Positions 49,904 to 62,412 of a DNA stretch of 64,000 bases are shown here, in pieces. Origin of the DNA: Balamuthia mandrillaris (Eukaryota); the NCBI GenBank assembly GCA_031835245.2, contig JAVKOQ020000026.1, positions 186,001 to 250,000 on the forward strand, read 5' to 3'. Below the pieces are notes generated by a model, which was not told the origin of the DNA, ran no database searches, and saw only the letters and a list, made by a program, of their open reading frames with translations. The translations under genes and the position numbers were made by a program. Positions within the stretch are counted from its first letter, which is position 1; each line of letters opens with the position of its first letter.

Positions 49904-51064
49904 TTGTGGTTGCGTTACGGTTGTTTTTTTTTCTTTCTTTCTTTCTTTTTTTTTTTTTTACAGTCTAACAAAGCGAAGAGAGGAACTTTGGAAAAAAAAC
50001 TAAACAGCTCCTCCTTTTGAAGAAAAAAAAATTTAACAAGTCCCTGTTTTTTTTTTTTTTCTTCCCCCCAAATCTTTAAAAAAAAAAACCTCTCTCAGAG
50101 ATATGGGCTTTAAAAAAAAATAAAAGACAGAGATAAAAAAAATAGACTACCAGGTGAGTCTATAGGGCCTTGGAGAGAAGAAAAGGAGGAGGTCTAAAAC
50201 GGCAAAAAAAAAATATAAAATGGAGAGAGAGAGCGAGAGAGCCTTTAAAACTAATGAAAAAAATGAAAGCCTTGACTTCCTTCCCCCCCCTCAAACGAAC
50301 CTTTTTTTTTCCTTCTTGTGTGGTGGCAGCTGCTTTTTTCTTCTCTCTCCACAAGATTTCTCGGCCAAATTAATTAAATTGAAGTTTTGACCAATCGCGA
50401 TGGAGCTTTGCGTGAAATTTCGTAGAGTACCGCTTTATTCCCTTTCGCCCGGTTGCTGAGGTCACCGTTTCCCATAATGTAATACCGGAGGACCCCTGGC
50501 CCTTTCCATAAGTGGGTTTGATCTGTGATTGGGCGGAAGTTTACGCCTATTAGTGTCGACAATTATTCCCGAACGAATGGATTAAACAAAAATGCACTCA
50601 TCTATTAGTCAATCCCCCCTCCGCCAATTCTCCCCTTTTAAATTTTTTTCTTCCTTTTGCTCTTCTCAAAAGAAGAGAGAGAGTTTTTTCTTTTGCGAAC
50701 GCAACTGCTGCTACTTCCTTCCACTCGGTCGTCTTTCGTTTGTTCGTTTAGTACTACTTCCTTTGGGCAGACTCTTGCGTCGTCTGCTGGCTTCGGGTTT
50801 TTTTTCCCTTGTTGCTTATCTCTCTCTGTGAGATATTGGGGGGCGCCCCCCCCTTCCTTGCATCGATTGAGGTTTTTCTTTCTTTTTTTTTTGCCTTTCT
50901 TTCTTTTCATATTCGCTGTTGAAGGTACCTCTTCACTACCCTTTTTTTTTTTTGAGTCTTTCTTTTCTCGATCCAAACCCTCTTTTTCTCTTATTCTTTT
51001 TTTTTTTGATTAGGCAAACAAGATTAAGAAAGATCAGATTCCAAATCCCTACGCGAAAAAAAAA

Positions 51065-51833
51065 ATGACCACTACTCCCTCCATGTTGGCCTTCTCTTCT
51101 TTTGCTGAATCTGCCCTGCCCTTCAGCGCCGCTGCTCGCCGCAGCAGCTATTCTATTTTGCCCGCTACCTTTTCTCGGCGTCGCCTCCCTCTTCCTGCTT
51201 CTTCCCTCTCAGCCCAGCCTAATCGAACTCTCCTTTGCGCAAACCAGTCCTCTCCTTCCTCCTCTTTTTCTTTTTTTTCTACTACCAACACAACAAGCAC
51301 CAACCATAGTCGGTTCCCTCCGTCTGCATCGCGGCACCTCCACACACGGCACGAGAGATGCCTCCCTTGTGCCTCTTCATCTTTTTCATTTCCTTCCTCC
51401 CCTACTGCCCTCCGGTACTATCGCCGTTGCTATTATTCTGTCTCCTCCGCCTCTGTTACCTCAGCGGCCACTTCAGCCGCCTCTTCTCATGACCTCGAAC
51501 CCAACTATGCTACTACTCCCTCACAACACAACCAATTCGCGGACTCCATCCGTGAGTTTTTTTTCTCTTAGCTGCTTCCTCTCTTTGTTGCTTTGTTCTG
51601 TCTTTCATTTGTTGTATTCTTCTTTTCTAACGACGCTGCCAATACAATGATGATGAAAATAGGACGGGCAGCTACTAACCAACTTGGTGCAACGCTGCAG
51701 CACGTTTGGGAGTCGGTGAGGTTCGACTCTGGAGCGTACATCATTCCGCATCCAGAAAAGGCGCACAAAGGTGGTGAAGATGCCTACTTCATCAGTCTCA
51801 GTGGTAGAGTTATTGGTGTCGCTGATGGCGTAA

Positions 51834-51864
<31 letters not shown>

Positions 51865-52944
51865 TCCTGCTTCTTTTTTTCTTTTCTTTATTTTCTCAAG
51901 TGTTAACTTGCTTATTCCTCTTTGAACAAAAGGTGGGAGGTTGGGGTGAAGTAGGAGTGGATCCTGGTCTATTTTCTAGGACTTTGATGTCAGGTACTTT
52001 TCTCCTCTTTGTTCGACCTGCCTTTTACTATTCTTCTAGCTCTCTTTCTTTCTTTCTTTCTCTCTCTCTCTCTCTCTCTCTCACTATTTTTCATTTTCTT
52101 TCTCTTTTTTCTTTTTTCCTTTGCTAACCGACACAAATATCATAATTTGCAGAGGCACAAAAGATAGCGGACGAGGCATTTGCGGCGGGCATAGAGCCCA
52201 CCCCAAGCCAAGTCCTGGAGGAGGCCTTTGAGCTGACAAAGGGCATCGAGGGCAGCTCCACCGCCACCGTGTTGCTCCTCGCCAGCGACAACAAGCTGCA
52301 CTATTCCTCCGTTGGGGACTCTGGTTTCCTCATCATTCGCGACGGTGAGATTATCTTTCGTTCAGAGGAGCAGCAGCACGATTGGTATTCTGCCTCTGTT
52401 TTCTTTTTTTATTTTTCGTTTCGTTTGCTTTTTCGTTTTCTTCTCTTCTTTCTCTTCTTGTCGCTCTCTTTTCCTTCTCTCTTGTCGTTTCTTTCCTTCG
52501 GTTTCTTTTTGTTTTTTTTAACACACCCCAACAAAAAGGAACCAGCCCTACCAACTGGGCACAGGGAGCGACGACACGGTGGCGCAGGCGGTGGTCGGCT
52601 CCGTCGACGTGAAGGAGGATGATATCATCATACTAGCCTCGGACGGCCTCTTCGACAACCTCTACGAGGACGAAATCCTGGACCTCGTAGCCCAAGGCCA
52701 ACCTAACCCCTCACCAGCCAATGGGAGCTCGTCCCGTCGGGAGCACGCCTATCCCCCTCGGTGGAATGCCAAGGCGTTGGCGGAGGCATTGGCCGCCGAG
52801 GCGCACAAGCGGGCCGGCAAGAGCGAAGGGCGCGTTCCCTTTGGAGAGGAGGCCGGCCGCTATGGCGTGAACTACATCGGCGGCAAGATGGACGACATCA
52901 GCGTCATCGTTTCTCGCGTGCACTTGACCCTTCCTGTGGCTTGA
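51065..52944 (+). CDS. PTC7: PP2C-family phosphatase PTC7, with mitochondrial-presequence-like N-terminus
   Basis: IPHPEKAHKGGEDAYF, GVADGVGGW, GSSTA, VGDSGF, PYQLG, ASDGLFDNL, GGKMDDISV. Confidence 0.92.
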
Positions 52945-53276
52945 AAAAACAACACACGGGTGGCGGCTTGCAAAAAAGTTCCTTCTCTTGTTTGGATTTA
53001 TTTGACTTTTATTTATTTATTTACTTTCTTAATTGTTCTCTTTATTTGTAACTTACTGTATATGAATTAATTAAAACAGCTGATGTGTCGATAACTTCTT
53101 GGTTCTTAAACTCCGACTATTTTTAGCCGAGCACCAATCACTCGCTTTTACCTTTATAGGGTAACGCTCCCCAAAAATAACCAAGCATTACACACCACAA
53201 AATAAAGTTACCTTTTTTTTTTCCTTTACTTTCTTTCTTTCTCCTTCACCAACTACAACACAAAAACCCACAAACA

Positions 53277-53687
53277 ATGAACAAGCTCGTGATCGTTTTG
53301 GTTGCCACTTTGGCCCTCTTGGCATCTTGCCAGGCTGCTGCTCCCATCACCCGCGAGACCCGCAACAACGCCGAGGCCGCCTGCCTGGAGGCCTTCCCCC
53401 AGCTGACCCCCGAGCAGTGCTCCGAGCTGGCCGACACCGTGGCCGAGCTGTGGTTCCTCAACGAGGACTCCCCCAACGCCCTCTCCCAGAACCTCCAGAC
53501 CTACGCCGATAACACCCTCACCGGCGGCGACTGCGACTTTGGCGTCCTGCTCACCTGCGCCACCAAGATCGGCGGCTGTGCCGCCCAGTGCCACGACGTG
53601 CCCTCCTGCATGTCTTGCCTCGGCGAGTCCTGGACCACTTGCTGCCCTTGCATCAAGGAGGTCATCCACGTGGACATCAACTGCTAA
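53277..53687 (+). CDS. Small secreted cysteine-rich protein (136 aa), intronless, strong C-ending codon bias
   Basis: Signal peptide, acidic middle region, C-terminal domain with 10 Cys. A TATA-like TTTATAG lies at about 53153 and AATAAA at about 53752. Confidence 0.85.
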   Translation: MNKLVIVLVATLALLASCQAAAPITRETRNNAEAACLEAFPQLTPEQCSELADTVAELWFLNEDSPNALSQNLQTYADNTLTGGDCDFGVLLTCATKIGGCAAQCHDVPSCMSCLGESWTTCCPCIKEVIHVDINC

Positions 53688-53923
53688 ACCAAAAAAAAAA
53701 AAAAATCGACCCCAGCTTTTGTTTGGGTCTGGTTTGATTTCATCAAAATAATATAAAGTGTAGTTTTTAACACCATTCAAGTACCCCTCCCTTTGATTTA
53801 CGCTGCGAGAGAGGGATTAGATTCGAGGAGCGCTGTTTGATCTTTGTCGTTGAAAACTTTTTTCATTCTTTTGTTCTTTTTTTTTTGGGGGTTTTTTATT
53901 TTCGAAAGCGAAAAAACAGAAAG

Positions 53924-54053
53924 ATGGAAGAAGAGAGAAAGTTGGTGGCAACGACGAAAGATTTGATCCAACGCGAGTTCCCTCCCGTGGACTTTGCCGT
54001 TGGGTATGGCTCTGGCTTTGTCGTTCAGTCAGGATACTCTCTACATCAGCAAA

Positions 54054-54092
<39 letters not shown>

Positions 54093-54451
54093 TTGGGATT
54101 TTTAACGAAGAAAGCAAAACAAATGAAAAGGAAGTGATGATGGATTTGATCTTTGCGGTGAGAGAGCCGAGGGAGTGGCACGAGGCCAACATACTACGCA
54201 ACAGGGAGCACTACTCATTTTTGGCGAGCTTGGGCGGCCGAGTGGTCTCCTTCGTGCAGACTGGCTTTGGGGCTCGCATCTACTACAACCCCTTTGTGCA
54301 AGTGGGAGAACAGGTAGGGAGAGGCTGTTGTTGTTTCACTCTTTGTCTCTGTTCTCTATTGTCTCATTCGCTCCTGTCGCCTACTGTTCTCTTCTCTCTT
54401 TCTCTTTCGTCGTTTCTCTTTCTCTTCCTCTCCATCTCTCTCAGTCTCTCT

Positions 54452-54495
<44 letters not shown>

Positions 54496-54631
54496 CTCTT
54501 CGCTCAATTGCTTGTTCGTTATGTGACCGAACAGCGGGTAAAGTATGGTGTGATTGGCATGGATGACCTTCTCTCTGACCTTCGGCACTGGAACACCTTC
54601 TACGTCAGCGGCCGCCTTCAAAAACCTGTTC

Positions 54632-54670
<39 letters not shown>

Positions 54671-55509
54671 CCCTAATCTCCTCTCATTCCCTCCAACTGT
54701 TCACTTTGTTATCTTAACATACAACATGAAAAACAGACCAAAGTGCTGCAAGAAAACGCAGAGGTGGAGGCAGCCAACCAGCAGAACCTACACAATGCCC
54801 TGCGCATGGCGCTGCTTTTGCTCCCCCAACAGACGGTGTTGACGGAGCGTCAACTCTACACAACGATCGCCAGTTTGTCGTACATGGGAGATGTTAGGAT
54901 GGGGTGGGCGGAGCATAAGAGAAAAGCGGAGAACATAGTTACGGACAGGAATGTGGTCGCCTTTCGTGAACTGTACAGACGAAGTTTAGAGGAGGTGGAA
55001 GGTGTTCGTTGTAAATTTGTGGAAGCTGATGGCATCATGTTAGAGGTACTCTTTCCAAGATCTTCATTTTGTTTTTCTTCTCTCTCATGCGTTCTGATAA
55101 CTTTCTTCTTTCTTTCTTCTTCTCTTCTTTCTTCTTCGTCATCTTCCCTGTGTTGATGATACGTTATGCGTTTGTCGTTATCAAAATACCAGCAAGAGGA
55201 GGGTGAAGAAACAAGACGGAGGCGAGTGGAGGCATTGCCATTGGCTCTACAGAAAAATATAATAGCTAATCCAGAGGTACTGAGCTGCCAACAACGCACA
55301 GCTCAACAACTTCGCTCCAATTTGCAAGCTATCACCGCCAAGTACAGTCGTGCCCAAACCTTTAAAGGTATTTGTTGTCTTGAGTTTAAAAAACACAACA
55401 AAAGTGCTTCTTTTCTGACTTATACAACTGAGAAACAGGTTTGTTAACGGCAGGTTTCAGCAAAAGTATGATCTATGCATCACAAAAACTTGGCAAGCGA
55501 TGGCGCTAA
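53924..55509 (+). CDS. TAM41: Mitochondrial phosphatidate cytidylyltransferase
   Basis: FAVGYGSG..Q, MMDLIFAV..WH..N...N..HYS, IYYNP, VKYGVI, DL..W..YVSGRLQKP, SLSYMGDVRM, QTFKGLLTAG. Confidence 0.95.
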
Positions 55510-55565
55510 ACTTTTTATTCTTCTTAGCAAGCAAGACACTACAAACTCACCGCCTAATTCTTGTT

Positions 55566-56522
55566 TCAATGACCTTTTGGCACGAGAGTGGCCACAACGA
55601 GGGTATGCCATCCCAGCTCCTTCTCCAACTGACGAAACAGCTTCTCCGGAACGTCCTTCCAACAATCCTCCTTCACATAACGATACTGCTTATACTCGTC
55701 TATATTCCACGCGAATATATGATCCTTCTTCATCTCCACTATTTGCCATCCATACTCATCTTCTTTCTTTACCTTCTTTTCTTCCTCTTCATTTTCACCA
55801 CCCAACAGCTCGTTCTTGATTTCATCAAAGGTATAAGTAAAGGTAACAGGACATCCCGTTTGTGCCTCGGAGTACTGAGCGATAAGTTGCGACATGCGTG
55901 CAAAGTCCCACTGGCCGGTCTCCCTCATCAGGAAGAAGAGCTTGTAGCTCACCTTGGAGTAGACCATCATGCGGAGCTCCCCTGTGATCGGACGGAGATA
56001 CCTCTTTACCTGCGCGATGACTCTCTCCGGATGTGGCGTGTGATGAATCACTCCAAAGCTCCAAATGAGGTCAAACTTTTTGCACTCTCCGTCTTCCTCT
56101 TCCTCTCTGTTGTTCTTTTCAAGAAGAAGGTGAAGTTCCTCGGCGTTTCCCAAAAGGAACGTTGCCGACAGGCCAAACACTTGAAAGCGTTGTTTGCAGA
56201 GTCGAAGGCTCTCCTCGGAGAGTTCGAGGACGGTGAGGTCGGCCCCTGCCCTGGCAAAGTTGATGCTCTCCGTGCCGAGGCCACATCCTATCTCCAGCAC
56301 CCGTTTGCCTCTCCAACGTTGAAAGTCGGCAAAGGGAGGAATGTGAGGCTCCACAAAATACTTTCGTTGCTCCACTTGGTCAAAGTATTCTTTGGTGCCG
56401 ACGGGTGCGGGTGAGTGGCGAAGGTTGCATGGACGGCTGTCCCAATACCGTTGCACTTCGGTGATTGCTACCTCTCTAAAGTTTTTCTCTTCTTCTTTCT
56501 GGACTGGCACAAACTCTTCCAT
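55566..56522 (-). CDS. Class I SAM-dependent methyltransferase, intronless
   Basis: Motif [25 protein letters not shown]. Confidence 0.88.
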   Translation of the reverse strand: MEEFVPVQKEEEKNFREVAITEVQRYWDSRPCNLRHSPAPVGTKEYFDQVEQRKYFVEPHIPPFADFQRWRGKRVLEIGCGLGTESINFARAGADLTVLELSEESLRLCKQRFQVFGLSATFLLGNAEELHLLLEKNNREEEEDGECKKFDLIWSFGVIHHTPHPERVIAQVKRYLRPITGELRMMVYSKVSYKLFFLMRETGQWDFARMSQLIAQYSEAQTGCPVTFTYTFDEIKNELLGGENEEEEKKVKKEDEYGWQIVEMKKDHIFAWNIDEYKQYRYVKEDCWKDVPEKLFRQLEKELGWHTLVVATLVPKGH

Positions 56523-56746
56523 TCTTTTTTTTTAATGTGTTTGTGTTTCTTTTCTTCTTTCTGCGACGCTTCACTTTTTAGTCGATTATTTTGACCAATC
56601 ACAACATGCTTAGATCGACATTGATCTAACCAATGAAAATTCAAATATGTGCGCTTTTTTTTTTTTTTTTGGTTTTGCAGAGAAAAAAGAAAAAAAGAAT
56701 AAAGAATAAAGAAAAGAAAAGAAAGAAACGAAACAGCAGCACCGAG

Positions 56747-58789
56747 TCAATGACCAGAAGGAGAATAGACCGATGGTGGAGTGGGTAGGGGTCCTCTCGT
56801 CGATGACGGGGAAGACGAGGAGGAAAGATTCCGTTTGGCCCATCGATCCACCAAAAACCGACCCAACAATGATTTTGGCTGTTGCGAAGAGGAAGGAGAA
56901 GGAGAAGGGGAGGAAGGAGGAGAAACAGAAGAACGCGGCGAAGAAGAAGGAAGCAGATCATTAAGGGAGTAATGCCCAACTTCGTAGATGAAAGGAACGG
57001 AGCTGATGCTAAAGATGTATTTCTTCTGCTCGTACTTTCGGCGTATTTCGTTGCTGTTGGCTTTGCGTAAGGCCTTTGTGTGATTGTTGAGTGCTCCGCT
57101 GAACAATCCGTTGTTCATGCTGGATTTTCTGCGTGGCATCATCGAGTGTCTGTTATTCACGTTTATCGTTTGGAGTTGCTGTTGTTGGTGATGTGGTTCT
57201 CGCGAAGAAGAAGAGGCAGAAGGAGATGAGGCAGAAGAGGGAGAAGAACAGGAGGAAGAAGAGCCATTTGCTAAAGAGTGAAGGACAGAAGTTTGTGGAT
57301 TCTTTTTGGGGGAAACAAGAAGATCTGTTGCAGTTGAAGAAGATGAAGGACAAGTAGAAGTTGAAGATGGAGAAGGAGGTTCACCACGCGGTGAGGACGC
57401 AGCGGAAGAAGTTGGAGACGTGGAGGAAGACGATGGGGATGATGAAACACGAGGAGAAGCTGGACCGGGTGAACGTGAAGAAGCGGCAGCCGCGGCGGCG
57501 GCAGCGCTCAAAAGAGAAGCAGAAAAAGAAGCAATCTCATCACGGGAGACGCTGTGAACTGGGTGTTGGTGTTGGTGCTGTTGTGGGTGATGTTGTGATT
57601 GTTGATGGTGTTGTTGGCGTTCGAAAAAATTATTAAGAGATTGTCGCCGATGGAGAGGAGAAGAAACAGCAGAAGAAGGAGCCGAAGAACTAGATGAAGA
57701 ACCAGCAGATATAGTTCCTGCTCCACTTCGAGAAGGAGAGGAGGAAGGCTGTTGACTATTATTGTTATTGTTGTCACCGCCAAGACTCCATCCTCGTTTG
57801 TGTCCTTTAGAAAGAACGGGGTCGGAGAAAGCTAGCTGAGACCGAGGAACGGTTGGCGAAGTCGGCGAAGAAGCAGAGGGGTAAGGAGTGGAAGGGGGAG
57901 AAAGAAGAAGAGGATTGCGTGGGGAAGTAGTGCTGGAGGCAGCTCCGCTTCTCGGACTAACTTCTCTCGAGCTATCGCTGTCAGAGTCAACACTGTAAGC
58001 AGGACCTTCTCCGGAGCGTTCTCGACGATGACCGCGTAGAAACTCACGGACGCCGTTCCGAAGCTCTTGGGGGTCGATGTAGAGTTGAGGGACGTGAAGG
58101 TCCGGAGCGGTGTGGCCTCTGGGAGGCAAACTGCTGGCGAGGGAGTGTGAGGAATGAGAGGACATGTCTGCTGCAGATACGCTTTGGGTGATCATTCCCC
58201 GCTTGGAGGGGGTGCGTTCTAAAGGCTTGTTCATGTTGTTGTTTTCATCTAGTGATGTAGTTGACGCTGAGAAGTTTGTTTCGAGGATGGAATGTTCGTT
58301 GTCCTTTTTCTTGTTCCCTTTTCTGCTGTTTCTTCCATCATAGCTCTTTCTTTGTTTGGTCTTCTCCTCCTTCTTCAGCTTCTTCTTCCTCTCTTTCTCC
58401 TCCTTCTTGGCCCTCTTCCTCATCGCTCTGGAGGCGGAGGAGTCCTTCTCCAAGTTGTCCTCCATCACCTCCGCCGAGGAGCCTCCGCTCTCTTTCCCAC
58501 TTCCGCTCGCTGCCCCATTGCCTCTCCCGTTCTCATAGGAGGAGGCGGTGGCGGAGAGCTCCAGCTCTGCTGTCCTGGTGGACTTGGTTCGTTGCACAGC
58601 CTTTGGGGAGCTCATGCTTCGTCGTCGCAGCGGACTGAGCCCGTTGTGGTTGGCCAGCCTTGTGGGGTCGATCTCCACCAGCGCCGCTATTTCTGGCTCG
58701 GAGGAGGCGGACAGAGTGGCGGCGAGGGAATCCGGCAGGTCCCATTGCTTGGTCGGGTCGATCGACTTTCTGCCCAGTTTTTTCAACAT
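56747..58789 (-). CDS. Ser/Pro-rich, largely disordered hypothetical protein (680 aa)
   Basis: Long stop-free ORF with trinucleotide-type low complexity. No recognised domain. Confidence 0.65.
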   Translation of the reverse strand: MLKKLGRKSIDPTKQWDLPDSLAATLSASSEPEIAALVEIDPTRLANHNGLSPLRRRSMSSPKAVQRTKSTRTAELELSATASSYENGRGNGAASGSGKESGGSSAEVMEDNLEKDSSASRAMRKRAKKEEKERKKKLKKEEKTKQRKSYDGRNSRKGNKKKDNEHSILETNFSASTTSLDENNNMNKPLERTPSKRGMITQSVSAADMSSHSSHSLASSLPPRGHTAPDLHVPQLYIDPQELRNGVREFLRGHRRERSGEGPAYSVDSDSDSSREVSPRSGAASSTTSPRNPLLLSPPSTPYPSASSPTSPTVPRSQLAFSDPVLSKGHKRGWSLGGDNNNNNSQQPSSSPSRSGAGTISAGSSSSSSAPSSAVSSPLHRRQSLNNFFERQQHHQQSQHHPQQHQHQHPVHSVSRDEIASFSASLLSAAAAAAAASSRSPGPASPRVSSSPSSSSTSPTSSAASSPRGEPPSPSSTSTCPSSSSTATDLLVSPKKNPQTSVLHSLANGSSSSCSSPSSASSPSASSSSREPHHQQQQLQTINVNNRHSMMPRRKSSMNNGLFSGALNNHTKALRKANSNEIRRKYEQKKYIFSISSVPFIYEVGHYSLNDLLPSSSPRSSVSPPSSPSPSPSSSQQPKSLLGRFLVDRWAKRNLSSSSSPSSTRGPLPTPPSVYSPSGH

Positions 58790-59523
58790 TGGGTTGGCGG
58801 GGGGAGGAGAAGGAGTTGGAACCGAAGAAAAGGGTCCCCCTCTTCTTTTTTTTTTTCAAGCTGAAGAAGACGAGAAGAAAGGTGTGGAAAAAAAAACCTA
58901 CTACTGAAGATGAAGAGAAGGGCCTTGGGAAAAAATAAAATAAAATAGAAGCAAGCACAAAATGAGTAACGCTAAAAACTTTTTCTCAAACAACAACATA
59001 ACCAAAGAAAGGAATTTTAAAAAGGAGAGGAGGAGAGAGGAGAGAAACAAAACCTAGTAGTTTTACTGGAAGCGAAGACAGTGCGGACGACCCACACACC
59101 CTCTTTTCGTTTGTTTGTTGTCTCCACTCGCACACACAAAACAACAAAAAAAAAAATATCTATCTTGTTGGCCTACTTTTTGGATAAACTGCGATTAGAA
59201 TTCCAAATGAAATTAATGATTTGGGCGGGCAAGGGCTCCTCGGACGCGCCAAAGGGAGGGCCCGCCCGTGTCCAAGGTGCACCCGTTGCTGGGACACCCG
59301 CTGGAAGAAGGGCGGAGAAAGCTGACGTCGTAGCAGGAACGGTGTTTCGGGTGCGTTACGAACGGGTTCCGATCAGGCCTGCCCATGGATTATTCGATGG
59401 TTTGATTTTGGATTGGGTGGAAGGCCTTTGGTGCTGATGTCAGAGATCACAGAGAAGAAAAAAAGAACACAGAAGAAAGTAACAGAAAAATAAAAAAAGA
59501 GTAGCAGTGGAGAGAGAGGAACG

Positions 59524-60733
59524 ATGATAAGGCTTTGCGGAGGAATAGCTGCCCTGCTGTTCAACCCGTTTGCGGACTTTATACCAAGCAAAAGACCCAG
59601 CTCGGCTTCTCTTTGGCAGGCTCGCAGCCTGGAGATCGCTGCACTGCTTCTCATCGTAACGGATTATTTCTTTTCGTTTTTGATTTTTTTTTTCTGTCTC
59701 TTTGCGATTGAGTTATTGCTCATCTCTTTCTCTCTCTCTCTCTCTCTCTCTCCTTTGGCCGAACAGATTTTACGGATTCTAGACTCTTTCTTGAACTTTG
59801 ATGGCATCCTTCGGCTGTTCTCGTACTACTCTTTGCAAGCCTTCCACCCGACCGCCTGTTCCGTGATGGTCGCCCTCTACTGCCTCGCCTTTGTTGCTGC
59901 CCTCAAACGCCATAAGCCTTCTTTGCGGTTGGTGAGAAACACCTCTTCTCTTATCGTCGTTTCTCCCCTCCCTCATTCTCTGTTCTCTTCTCTCATCTCG
60001 CACAACGACCATAAGTACATGGTGTGCCTCTTTCTTAGCTTCTTTTTAGGGGCTCTCTCTTTGTTGATGTTGGGCATCGTGGTGGCCAAGGAGGGAGGCG
60101 ACGTGGAGAAGGAGCACCCAGAGGACACACCGCCCTCTCTCTTCATCTTTAGCGTTCTCAGCTCCTCCGTTTGTTTGCTTCTAGAGGTATTTTTTGGTTT
60201 TTTTGGTTTCTCTTTCTTCTTCATCTTTTTTTTTGTCTCACTTTTTGGTTTTGTTTTGCTCAGTCAACCACGTTGTATTGTGGCTTCAAGTTACTGAGCG
60301 TCGAAAAGCTTTACTTTGGTAACGACCAAGTCTTTCTTGCTAATGGTTCCTCTTCCGTAGTAACTTATATTGTTTTCTCGTTTTCCTTCATACTAACAAA
60401 ACAGCGCAACGGTTACCTTCACGGATGGACTTTGTTGAAGGTGAGGAAGATGAAGAAGAAAACGAGCGAGCATATCAACGACAAAGAGAAAGTAGAACGT
60501 ATTTTGGAGAGGAGGATGAAGAAGATGGAGAAAGAGTGAGAGAAGAGTTTGTGGCAGGGGCATTCGCTTTCAGTGGAAGACAAGTCTTCATCGAAGAAGA
60601 GGACAAAGAATTAGATGATGAAGAAGAGTTTGACGAAGAAGAAGACAGGAGGCAAATGCGGAGGGAAGATAAAAGCAAAGGAAAAGAATTGGAACATGCG
60701 CGCAATGACGAGGAAAAAGAAGAACTGCTGTAA
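59524..60733 (+). CDS. Hypothetical multi-pass membrane protein with acidic C-terminus
   Basis: Hydrophobic exon segments joined by GT-AG introns to the acidic ORF ending ...EEKEELL*. Confidence 0.55.
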
Positions 60734-60790
60734 AAGTTTTGAAGGTTTAAAAAGAAAGAAAGAACGAAAGAAAGAAAGAAAGAAAGAAAC

Positions 60791-61890
60791 TCAGTCACGA
60801 GACGTTTCTTTGCTGCGAAGATAATCGATCCAATCGTACACTACTTTGCGTTTGTAGATGGTGGAGACTTGGGGTCGTCTCTCCGCGATGAACTCTTGAG
60901 CCTCTTTTGCATCCATTTTGTAACGTTGGATGAGATAACACAATACGATTGTGGTGGAACGACCTCTTCCTGCCTTGCAGTGCACTATTGTCGTTGGAAG
61001 AGGAAAAGGAGATGAGCGTCGGGCAAGCAAACAAAACAACAAGGAAAAAGGAGAGGAGAGAGACTACAAAAAAAAAAAAGACAGAGAAAAGAAAGAAATA
61101 CCATAGACAGACTCTCCTCGTTCCTGAAACTTGCGAATGAAAGCCACACCTTTCTTCACGTCAGACAATGTTGGTGGAAAGTAGTCCACAATCGGGATCC
61201 TGATGCACGATGTTTATGTAAAAGTTAAGAAAGATGAGAAATGAGAGCAAAACAAAGAGCGAGGGAACGAGAATGACAAGAGAGAAAGAAGAGAGTGAGA
61301 GAGAGAGAGAGAGAGGTGGTAAAAGCAAAAAAATAAAATAAATATGAAACCTGATTTGTTCCACTTTGTGTTGTTGATAACTATCACAGAAGCAATGAAA
61401 GATAGATGACTTTGGTTGTTAGAATACAAGCAACCAAACCCAAGAAGACACAAACGAAGCTCAAAGCGAAAAGGAGGCAAACAGAAAGAGCGACGAGGAA
61501 GAAGAAAGACAGGAGGCAAATCCACGGGCTTGCAACGCAACCAGAGTACACAAATGGATGGGGTTACCTTCTCCAGGGTCCAGCGTACTCATCGCAAGTG
61601 TTGACGACCCCCCTGACGCCCTCCCGGAAAAGGGCGGGGACGTACCAGTAGAGCGGCAAGGCGCCCAGCAGCACGGTGTCGTCGATGCGGTTCCACCAGC
61701 TGCAAAACTTCCAGGGCATCAACCAGTAGAGCACGATGTTGTAGAAGAGGGTGGGGAAGAAGAGGAACCTGCCCAACACGACGGCCATCCAGAAGGGCAT
61801 CCATGCCACGGGCTCCAGTCGGTAGTCCCGCTTGATGATTTGTTGTTGCTTTTTCTGCTCCGCTGCTGAAGCATTGCTCGCCGGCTCCAT
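60791..61890 (-). CDS. PTPMT1: Phosphatidylglycerophosphatase / dual-specificity phosphatase PTPMT1
   Basis: RFLFFPTL.YN, WWNRIDDTVLLGALP, GVVNTCDEYAGP, VHCKAGRGRST. Confidence 0.92.
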
Positions 61891-62412
61891 GTTTTTTGCT
61901 CTATGTACTAGTTTATTTTTTTTGTTGTTGTTGTTCAGTTAGAAAGGGATAGCGTCGTCGGCCAAAGCCCAAGCAAGAGCAGCTGTCCGACACGGTGTGC
62001 GAATAGCAAAAGAGATTCGTGAACCATTACCTACCTTCCGGCCCCGCGGCCTTTCGTTGTGCGCTGCTGTGTTCCTTTGGGTCTTTTTCAGGGTAAACAC
62101 TATCGGGACGACGTGGAAATTATGTGATCGACGGCTCCGATCATTGATCTCAGCACATTATTTTTGATTAATTGATTGAAAAGAAATGGCAAGGGAATGT
62201 AAGCCAGCCAGCAACGTCCCTGCTCTTCCCTGCTCCCTTTGGCGGGGGAAAATAGGTGTCGACAAGGACTGATGTCAAACCAACCCATTGCGCGTTGGTC
62301 AATTAATCAAGAACAGTGCCTAAGTTTGCTTAGGGGGAGCGCCTCGTGCCAAAACTCTTGCTCTTTGACCCTCTTGGGTGTCTTTTGCTCAAGAGCGTGC
62401 ACGCAGTCAGAC

